From assembly GCA_040326175.1 (NCBI GenBank), contig JBEQLC010000001.1, positions 1-25,672 on the forward strand: 25,672 nt of DNA, given 5' to 3'. This DNA is from Desulfobacteria bacterium (lineage in GTDB: Bacteria; Desulfobacterota; Desulfobacteria; Desulfobacterales; C00003060). The notes below the pieces were generated by a model, which was given only the letters and a program-made list of their open reading frames with translations, was not told the DNA's origin and ran no database searches. Each line of letters opens with the position of its first letter. Positions within the stretch are counted from its first letter, which is position 1. Both the position numbers and the translations under genes were made by a program. This document shows, piece by piece, positions 16,357 to 23,438 of this stretch.

Positions 16357-16836
16357 ATGGCAGATTTTGGAAGGGTTAGGATTCTTGTTGGGATTTCAGC
16401 GCTATTGCTTGTCCTCGTAATCTCTTTGGGCTGCGCTCGGTTGAGCAGTAATACTACAAGCTCAGAATCTGCTCCAACCACGGAGGATGTGGAACCAACA
16501 CCTCTTTACCATGACTTTGAAGATGTTCTAGTCCCTTCGGAGCTCAAGGTAGACGCAAAGAGGACTTTTGTTCATCATGCCCCAGACTTCAGAGCCGGAG
16601 TCCTGGTGTTGACAGGGCGCGTTGAGATAAACTCTCTGGTCAGATTCTTTGAGGACAACATGGCACAGGATAACTGGCGACTCGTGACCACTTTCAGATC
16701 TCCCCGTACGATGATGATTTTCCAAAAGCCGAATCGGAACTGCATAATCAACATCACTGAAAAACAATTCAGGGCCGAAGTGGAGATCTGGGTCGCCCCT
16801 ACCACAAGGACTCAGAGAGAGACTCTACTGAAATAA
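16357..16836 (+). CDS. Hypothetical lipoprotein
   Basis: Hydrophobic signal with lipobox SLG-C, GGAGG RBS and a compact soluble domain. I recognise no function. Confidence 0.8.
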   Translation: MADFGRVRILVGISALLLVLVISLGCARLSSNTTSSESAPTTEDVEPTPLYHDFEDVLVPSELKVDAKRTFVHHAPDFRAGVLVLTGRVEINSLVRFFEDNMAQDNWRLVTTFRSPRTMMIFQKPNRNCIINITEKQFRAEVEIWVAPTTRTQRETLLK

Positions 16837-16907
16837 CACAAAGCGCATAGAGTTTTTGGCTATTCGCTGTTGCTATACTCTATCCGCCAAAGACAGCAAA
16901 GAGGCAA

Positions 16908-18128
16908 ATGTCAGATCCCCTGAAGGATAAGAATATTGTATTAGGCGTGTGCGGTGGGATCGCTGCTTACAAGGCCTTGGACCTTCTCAGGGTCTTTGTC
17001 AGAGCCGGAGCCCGAATCCGGGTGATTATGACCGGGGCGGCCCAGGCGTTTGTTGGCCCGACCACGTTTCAGGCTCTCTCCGGACATTCGGTATGGACCC
17101 AAATGTTTGGGGAGCAAGAAGGCGCACCCTTTCGACATATCGCATGGGCAGAAGAGGCCGATGCTGTTGTCATCGTGCCGGCCACTGCCAATATCATTGG
17201 CAAGATGTCCCACGGGATTGCAGATGATCCTTTGACCACCTTTGTCCTGTCGGTTCGAGCGCCAATCTTGGTCTGTCCGTCCATGAACGTTCACATGTAC
17301 GAAAACCGTCTCGTCCAGGACAACATTGAGAAGCTTGAGCGGACCGGCATCAAGGTGCTCCGTCCCGAAACCGGAGTACTCGCCTGTGGCGACGAGGGGC
17401 CAGGTCGGTTGCCAGATGTCGAGACGATAGCGGAAGAAGTTCGCTCACTGTTGTGTCCCAAGGATTTGGCTGGAGAGAGGGTCCTGGTAACTGCCGGGCC
17501 CACTCAGGAACCGATCGATCCCGTCAGGTTCATCAGCAATCCTTCTTCGGGCAAGATGGGATATGTGCTTGCGCGCGTTGCCCGGAGGCGGGGGGCGGAA
17601 GTCTCGTTGGTTAGCGGGCCTACAGTGCTTGCTGACCCTCAAGGCGTCAGGGTGATCCGGGTCAGGACAGCCGAAGAGATGTATAACGCGGTGATGGAAA
17701 CGGCGGAAGAAGCTACAATCATCGTAATGGCCGCTGCGGTATCAGACTGCCGGCCCGCCAGTCTCTTTGAACACAAGGTCAGGAAGGAGGAGATGGCGCA
17801 GGATCTACGTCTGGAGCAGACGGTTGATATTCTAAAGGTACTGGGGGAGAACAAGAACAGACAGATTCTGGTCGGTTTTGCTGCTGAAACTCGAGATCTA
17901 CAGGAAAGTGCCTGCGCCAAGCTGTCTGCCAAGAACTTGGATCTTATTGCTGCCAATCTAATCGGGCAGGCTGATTCAGGGTTTGGCTCAGACACCAACC
18001 AGGTAAGTCTTTTTTACAAGGACGGTCGCAAAGAGGCTCTGCCGCTTATGGACAAGGGAGCACTTGCAGAAGTACTATTCGACAAAGTCTTGGAGATTAA
18101 GAGAAAAGCGGATGACGGAAGCGATTAA
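16908..18128 (+). CDS. coaBC: Bifunctional phosphopantothenoylcysteine decarboxylase / phosphopantothenate-cysteine ligase
   Basis: GVCGGIAAYK, PATANIIGK, PSMNVHM, LACGDEGPGRL, VTAGPTQEPIDPVRFISNPSSGKMG, VGFAAET. Confidence 0.97.
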   Translation: MSDPLKDKNIVLGVCGGIAAYKALDLLRVFVRAGARIRVIMTGAAQAFVGPTTFQALSGHSVWTQMFGEQEGAPFRHIAWAEEADAVVIVPATANIIGKMSHGIADDPLTTFVLSVRAPILVCPSMNVHMYENRLVQDNIEKLERTGIKVLRPETGVLACGDEGPGRLPDVETIAEEVRSLLCPKDLAGERVLVTAGPTQEPIDPVRFISNPSSGKMGYVLARVARRRGAEVSLVSGPTVLADPQGVRVIRVRTAEEMYNAVMETAEEATIIVMAAAVSDCRPASLFEHKVRKEEMAQDLRLEQTVDILKVLGENKNRQILVGFAAETRDLQESACAKLSAKNLDLIAANLIGQADSGFGSDTNQVSLFYKDGRKEALPLMDKGALAEVLFDKVLEIKRKADDGSD

Positions 18129-18831
18129 AGCCTTCAATGAGAGTTCCACACAGCTCTTGCCTGAGATTCGAGAGGATCTGAAGGCTTATCTCCAATATAT
18201 GAAAGGATTGGGATATCAGGGTGTGGTCTTGTCTGAAGACTCTGTCAGGATCCTGGAACGCTGGAATAAAGGCGGAGTAGCAGAGACTCTGGACACGATT
18301 CAGGTGGATCTTGGCGCCTGCGAGAGGTGCAAACTCCACAAGGGGCGCAAACATATCGTTTTTGGAGTCGGGAATCCAAGGGCAAAGCTGGCTTTTGTGG
18401 GTGAAGGGCCGGGCCACGAAGAAGACATACAGGGCGAGCCGTTTGTAGGCAAGGCGGGTCAACTGCTTACTAAGATACTTCGGGCGATCGGATTGACCCG
18501 GGAGGATGTCTATATTTGCAACATCATAAAGTGCAGGCCTCCGGGGAATCGGAATCCTGAACCGGACGAGATCGCCGCGTGCATTCCTTTTCTCCGAAGA
18601 CAGCTGAGAGCTATAGGACCTGGGCTGATATGTGCCCTGGGCACCTTTGCGGCCCAAACACTTCTGGCGACCAAAACGCCGATATCTCGGTTGCGGGGCA
18701 ACTTCTATACTTATGAAGGTATTCATCTCCTTCCCACATATCACCCAGCTTTTCTTCTCCGAAATCCCGCAAAGAAGGCCGACGTGTGGGAAGATATGCA
18801 GAAGCTTCAGGAGGCATATGAAAAGACTTAG
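18112..18831 (+). CDS. Family 4 (Fe-S cluster) uracil-DNA glycosylase
   Basis: [40 protein letters not shown] and TYHPAFLLR. Start at ATG 18112, overlapping the coaBC end. Confidence 0.94.
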   Translation: MTEAIKAFNESSTQLLPEIREDLKAYLQYMKGLGYQGVVLSEDSVRILERWNKGGVAETLDTIQVDLGACERCKLHKGRKHIVFGVGNPRAKLAFVGEGPGHEEDIQGEPFVGKAGQLLTKILRAIGLTREDVYICNIIKCRPPGNRNPEPDEIAACIPFLRRQLRAIGPGLICALGTFAAQTLLATKTPISRLRGNFYTYEGIHLLPTYHPAFLLRNPAKKADVWEDMQKLQEAYEKT

Positions 18832-20254
18832 AAACCTTTACAAAGAATCCCCTTTTGTCCAATCTCTGCGTCAGACTCAGATTTTGGTCCTCAAAATACT
18901 AAAAGTATTCCTGCGGCCAAAATTTTCATCTTCCTTGACCTTGAACAAAATTGAACACCTTGTAAAGGTTTCTCCTGGACATGCACTTGCTGTATTTGCA
19001 TTGGCAGGGGTGCTGGTCTTTGCCTTTCCCCTGGCAGCCCAGGCTGCCAAAGGAGAGGTCTATGTGGTTGAAGTTTCTGGTACGATCAACCCGGGCTTGG
19101 CAGAGTATGTGATAAGAAACATTGAAAAGGCTGATGGGGAGGAAGCTGCCTGTCTCGTTATGCAGCTTGATACCCCTGGTGGGCTGGGCCTATCCATGCG
19201 TTCAATCGTCATGGCCATGCTGGCCTCGAAGATCCCTGTGGTCGTCTATGTATCGCCGAGCGGGGCACGAGCAGCCTCTGCCGGTGTGATGATCACCCTT
19301 GCGGCTGATATTGCGGCCATGGCTCCCGGCACCAATATTGGTGCGGCCCATCCGGTCAACCTCGGCCAAAAGGAGATGGACAAGACCATGGCCGAGAAGG
19401 TGGTCAACGACATGGTGGCCTACACCAAAAGCATTTCAGAAAAACGGGGTCGCAACAGCGAATGGGCGGAAAAGTCGATTCGGGAAAGTGTTTCCGTCAC
19501 AGAAAAGGAGGCCTTGGAACTCAAGGTTATTGACCTCATTGCTGAGGATTTGGACGATCTCCTCGAGAAGATCGATGGTCGAGAACTCAAGGAAAAGGGA
19601 ATTCTTCACACCAAAGGGGTTAAACGGGTGGTCCTTACTGAAAGCTTCAGGGACAAGATCCTTAAGACCATCAGCGACCCCAACATTGCGTATTTGCTCA
19701 TGATGATCGGTATGGCCGGGCTCTATTTTGAACTATCCCACCCCGGAACGATCTTCCCGGGGGTTATCGGCGCCATCTCTCTGATTCTGGCCTTCTTTGC
19801 ATTTCAAACACTGCCGGTCAACTATGCTGGAATCTTGCTGATCGCGGTTGCCCTCATCCTCTTCATCCTCGAGATGAAGGTGACCAGCTACGGTCTTCTG
19901 AGCCTGGGCGGCATCATCTCCCTCTTTTTGGGGTCCTTGATGCTGTTCCAGGGGCCCGGGCCCGAGATGCGCCTTTCCTGGCGTGTACTGATTTCCACGG
20001 TTGTCATGGTTTCCGGGTTCTTTGTTGTCGTGGCCGGCCTTGTGTTTCGTTCCCAGATATCCAAACCCCGAACGGGAGACAAAGGGTTGATTGGGGAGGT
20101 TGGCGTGGTCAGGGAAAGGCTTGCACCTGGAGGCAAAGTCTTTGTCCATGGGGAGCTTTGGAACGCCGAGGCTCGGGAGCCGATCGAGGCAGGCGCCAAG
20201 GTCCGCGTCACAGGTGTGGATAAGCTGGTTTTGAGAGTCGAGGAAGTTCGGTAG
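18818..20254 (+). CDS. nfeD: Long-form NfeD (ClpP-like serine protease domain + membrane domain + OB-fold)
   Basis: LDTPGG, VYVSPSGARAASAG, AMAPGTNIGAAHPV, ELSHPG, GKVFVHGELWNA. ATG 18818 follows GGAGG. The N-terminus is interrupted in frame by a MITE. Confidence 0.9.
   Translation: MKRLRNLYKESPFVQSLRQTQILVLKILKVFLRPKFSSSLTLNKIEHLVKVSPGHALAVFALAGVLVFAFPLAAQAAKGEVYVVEVSGTINPGLAEYVIRNIEKADGEEAACLVMQLDTPGGLGLSMRSIVMAMLASKIPVVVYVSPSGARAASAGVMITLAADIAAMAPGTNIGAAHPVNLGQKEMDKTMAEKVVNDMVAYTKSISEKRGRNSEWAEKSIRESVSVTEKEALELKVIDLIAEDLDDLLEKIDGRELKEKGILHTKGVKRVVLTESFRDKILKTISDPNIAYLLMMIGMAGLYFELSHPGTIFPGVIGAISLILAFFAFQTLPVNYAGILLIAVALILFILEMKVTSYGLLSLGGIISLFLGSLMLFQGPGPEMRLSWRVLISTVVMVSGFFVVVAGLVFRSQISKPRTGDKGLIGEVGVVRERLAPGGKVFVHGELWNAEAREPIEAGAKVRVTGVDKLVLRVEEVR
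18831..18972. mobile_element. 142-bp MITE inserted at the udg stop codon and inside the nfeD 5' end
   Basis: GAAACCTTTACAA (18831-18843) pairs perfectly with TTGTAAAGGTTTC (18960-18972). Internal hairpin AATACT-AAA-AGTATT (18895-18909). Left flank TA, right flank TC. Confidence 0.85.
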
Positions 20255-20314
20255 TCTATGGTTTTTCCGTTCGCCTTAGGATTGTTGCGGTGAACTCAAG
20301 GGATAAAGGTGTTA

Positions 20315-20401
20315 GAGTAGTTCTCATAAAAAGACTACTTCGGAAGCAATAAGATGCCTTACTGAGCTTGGATGCTGGAACATGGTTCTGGAGAATCACT
20401 A
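20315..20401. mobile_element. Degenerate 87-bp mini-element related to the 12890-13214 MITE
   Basis: TA|GAGTAGTTCTCATAAAA resembles TA|GAGTGGTTCTCAAAAA. The right end GGAACATGGTTCTGGAGAATCACTA|TA resembles GGAACATATTTTTGAGAAACGCTC|TA. Confidence 0.45.
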
Positions 20402-20451
20402 TAAGACACAGAAGATACAGCAGGGACCGTGGGGCGCTTGGGCATTAGAGA

Positions 20452-20480
20452 TTGACAATATGGTAGCGTTATCATATAGT
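20452..20480 (+). promoter_or_regulatory. Near-consensus sigma70 promoter
   Basis: TTGACA (20452-20457), 17 bp spacer, TATAGT (20475-20480). Confidence 0.75.
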
Positions 20481-20601
20481 ATAAGGTCATATCCAACGCA
20501 AAATAGGGAGTCGCTATAATCAAGGCAAGAATGTTTTAGGACCAATGTCAAACATTGCGGCCTGCCACGGAGCTGTACGGGTGACAAGGGAGACCTTGAT
20601 A

Positions 20602-20829
20602 ATGGCCCCTGATCAGCAAAACCTGACGCAAGTTATATGGGGTATTCTTTTGGTCGGAATGGGGGTCCTCCTTTGCGTCACTACACCGCATGCCTTGCGC
20701 GTATCAGCGGACTCCGCTTTTTTGAACTTTGCACGATACTTTATTGCAGTCCTCCTCATAGTCGCCGGTGCCAAGAAATTGTACGGGTTCTATTTTGCCA
20801 AGGACAAGGAACCCCCTTCGGGCGAGTAA
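20602..20829 (+). CDS. Small hypothetical membrane protein (2 TM helices)
   Basis: VIWGILLVGMGVLLCV and FIAVLLIVAGA hydrophobic segments. GGGAG RBS before ATG 20602. Confidence 0.7.
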   Translation: MAPDQQNLTQVIWGILLVGMGVLLCVTTPHALRVSADSAFLNFARYFIAVLLIVAGAKKLYGFYFAKDKEPPSGE

Positions 20830-20881
20830 GTCGGACATAAATTTGGAACCAAAACCTTTTGGCATGGAGATTTGACCTGTC

Positions 20882-23200
20882 ATGGCTGTAGAGATGGCGG
20901 AACAGCAGACAGCTGATAACAGCGTGGAGAGTGGCTCTGCTTCTGAAGAAGCCATGGGCCATCAAGAAAGGCTCTTGGGCATTACGAACCGTGTCCATGC
21001 CGCGAGCAACATCGATGAGATTCTGATTGATCTACAGGATGATATCATCAAATTGTTCGACGCTGAGCGGCTAACAATCTACGTGGTGGACGGAATAAAG
21101 AAGGACCTGGTGTCCCGGGTCAAGTCAGGAGATGAGATCAGCGAGATCCGCGTGCCCATCTCCACCACAAGTGTTGCAGGTTACTCAGCGTATAAGGGAC
21201 AGTTGATCAACATCAACAACGTCTACGATAAGAAAGAATTATCCGCGATCGATGAGAAGTTGAGTTTCGACAAAGCCTGGGACGAAAAAACCGGTTTTCG
21301 CACACGACAGGTCCTGGTGGCGCCTGTAAGCTTTCAAAAGTATCTCATGGGTGCCATCCAGCTTATCAATCGCAAGGATGGGACGGCCTTTAGCGAGAAG
21401 GACGAAGCGGCTGTCCAGGAACTATCCCAGACCCTTGGAATCGCCCTGTTCAATCAGAAGAGGATGGCAAAGGCCCGCCCGGGTAAATTTGATTATCTAA
21501 TAGAGAATGGGCTCGTAACACAAAAGGAGTTGGACAAGGCGATACTGGAGGCCCGGAAGACCAGGCAGGACATTGAAGCACTCCTGATGAAAGCCTATAA
21601 GATTTCCAAGAAAGACATCGGGCAGGCTTTGAGCCACTACTACAGGGTCCCATTTGTTGAGTATAACGAGCGGGTTCCAATTCCGGGTGATCTTCTGGCC
21701 GGTCTGAAGGTACCGTTCATGAAGCAGAACAATTGGGTTCCGATTGGACAGGATCAAGCAGGCCAAAGAGTTATTATTGCGATTGACAATCCATACCATC
21801 TCCAAAAAGTAGATATGATCAAGCCGCTCTTTCCCGGGAAGGACATTATATTCCATGTAGCGCTTGTAGAAGACATCGAAAGTTTTCTCACCCTCTTCTA
21901 CCAGGACGAAAAGGAACTGGGCTCTATTGAAGATATCCTCGGGCAGTTGGAGGCAGAGGAGGATGAGATTGTAGAGGCGGAAAAGGGTGTGACCGAAGAG
22001 GACAGCGCCATCGTCCAAATGGTTAACAAGATGATTTTGGATGCCTATGAGCGGAATGCCTCAGATATTCACGTCGAACCTTATCCTGGGAAGAAACATA
22101 CGGAAGTGCGGTTCAGGGTTGACGGTGCATGCCAGCTTTATCAGACCGTTCCGTACAATTATCGTGCGGCAGTCGTTTCCCGCCTCAAGATTATGGCCAA
22201 TCTGGACATTGCTGAGCGTCGCAAGCCACAGGACGGCAAGATAGATTTCAAAAAGTACGGTGGAAAGGCAATTGAACTCCGAGTTGCCACGGTACCGACA
22301 GCGGGCGGCATGGAAGATGTTGTGCTGCGTCTATTACAGGCAGGTGAGCCTATACCGCTCAGTAAGATGGGATTTTCACAGGTGAATTATGATAACTTCC
22401 TAAGCGTAATTACCACCCCATACGGGCTCATCTTTGTGTGCGGGCCTACCGGGTCTGGAAAGACCACAACTCTGCATTCGGCCCTTGCCTACATCAACAA
22501 ACCTGACCTCAAGATCTGGACGGCTGAAGACCCTGTGGAGATCACTCAAGTGGGCCTCAGGCAAGTTCAGACTCTGCACAAGATAGGTTTTGATTTTGCC
22601 ACTGCCATGCGAGCGTTCTTGAGGGCTGACCCGGACGTCATTATGGTCGGTGAGATGCGTGACAAAGAGACCACGCATATTGGTATCGAGGCCTCACTTA
22701 CCGGCCACTTGGTCTTTTCCACCCTGCATACAAACAGCGCTCCTGAGAGCATTACACGACTCCTGGACATGGGTATGGATCCCTTCAACTTTGCAGATGC
22801 CATACTTTGTATCCTTGCCCAGCGGCTGGTTCGTACGCTTTGCAAAGAGTGTAAGAAGGAGTACAATCCTTCTCAAGAAGAATATGATGAGCTGGTTCGG
22901 GAGTATGGCCCGAAAGCTTTTGAAAAACTGAACATGCCCTATTCAGATGACATAATGCTATGCAAAAGCGTAGGTTGTAATGCATGCAGCAATACCGGGT
23001 ATCGGGGTCGTATGGGTATTCATGAGCTCTTAATGGGGACCGACGAGATGAAGAGGCTGATCCAGGATAAGGCCCAGATGGAATTCATTCGGGAGCAGGC
23101 TGTCGAGGATGGGATGAGGACACTGAAACAGGACGGTATTGAGAAGGTCTTTGCCGGCCACACCGACCTGAAAGAGGTCCGGAAAGTTTGTATAAGATAA
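20882..23200 (+). CDS. GspE/PulE/PilB-family secretion or pilus-assembly ATPase with N-terminal GAF domain
   Basis: GAF domain at about aa 25-195; Walker A GPTGSGKTT; Asp box TAEDPVE; Walker B DPDVIMVGEMRD; His box TGHLVFSTLHTN; zinc CKEC...CNAC. Confidence 0.93.
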   Translation: MAVEMAEQQTADNSVESGSASEEAMGHQERLLGITNRVHAASNIDEILIDLQDDIIKLFDAERLTIYVVDGIKKDLVSRVKSGDEISEIRVPISTTSVAGYSAYKGQLININNVYDKKELSAIDEKLSFDKAWDEKTGFRTRQVLVAPVSFQKYLMGAIQLINRKDGTAFSEKDEAAVQELSQTLGIALFNQKRMAKARPGKFDYLIENGLVTQKELDKAILEARKTRQDIEALLMKAYKISKKDIGQALSHYYRVPFVEYNERVPIPGDLLAGLKVPFMKQNNWVPIGQDQAGQRVIIAIDNPYHLQKVDMIKPLFPGKDIIFHVALVEDIESFLTLFYQDEKELGSIEDILGQLEAEEDEIVEAEKGVTEEDSAIVQMVNKMILDAYERNASDIHVEPYPGKKHTEVRFRVDGACQLYQTVPYNYRAAVVSRLKIMANLDIAERRKPQDGKIDFKKYGGKAIELRVATVPTAGGMEDVVLRLLQAGEPIPLSKMGFSQVNYDNFLSVITTPYGLIFVCGPTGSGKTTTLHSALAYINKPDLKIWTAEDPVEITQVGLRQVQTLHKIGFDFATAMRAFLRADPDVIMVGEMRDKETTHIGIEASLTGHLVFSTLHTNSAPESITRLLDMGMDPFNFADAILCILAQRLVRTLCKECKKEYNPSQEEYDELVREYGPKAFEKLNMPYSDDIMLCKSVGCNACSNTGYRGRMGIHELLMGTDEMKRLIQDKAQMEFIREQAVEDGMRTLKQDGIEKVFAGHTDLKEVRKVCIR

Positions 23201-23356
23201 CATCTATGTTGTGCGAGTTATAAGATTTAGGAGTATTCTAGTAGCTTCCAGTTTTTCCCTACCTAAGGAAAACCCGAAATCTGAATATCGACACGAAGTG
23301 CATTTTCTCAAGCCGTAAGTCACAACTTCGCGCCAAACAATTTTCGAGACTTCAAC

Positions 23357-23438
23357 GACCAAAATCTGAGTCTAACGCAGGCACTTTAGTGAAGCTTTGG
23401 CGCTGATTGGGCAAAAGAGGGCGTTTTGGAAAGGTCTC
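23357..23438 (-). mobile_element. Reversed half copy of the 18831-18972 MITE, overlapping the uvrB RBS and start codon
   Basis: 23357-23380 matches the reverse complement of 18866-18889 at 23/24. After an insert of about 24 bp, 23405-23438 matches the reverse complement of 18831-18864 at 26/34. Confidence 0.85.

Noticed and set aside
16843-16890. GCGCATAGAG ... CTATACTCTATCCGC degenerate inverted repeat before coaBC
   Set aside because: Too degenerate to call a terminator or an element.
12207-23200. Competence island (comEA plus PilB-like ATPase)
   Set aside because: The genes are more than 8 kb apart, separated by housekeeping genes, and there is no comEC, pilin or secretin.
23201-23425. 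LexA/SOS box upstream of uvrB (also sought before ruvA)
   Set aside because: No match to LexA motifs I know (CTGT-N8-ACAG, GAAC-N4-GTTC, GGTT-N2-C-N4-G-N3-ACC). A GGGTATT/AATACCC inverted repeat before ruvA (about 8059-8083) could not be assigned.
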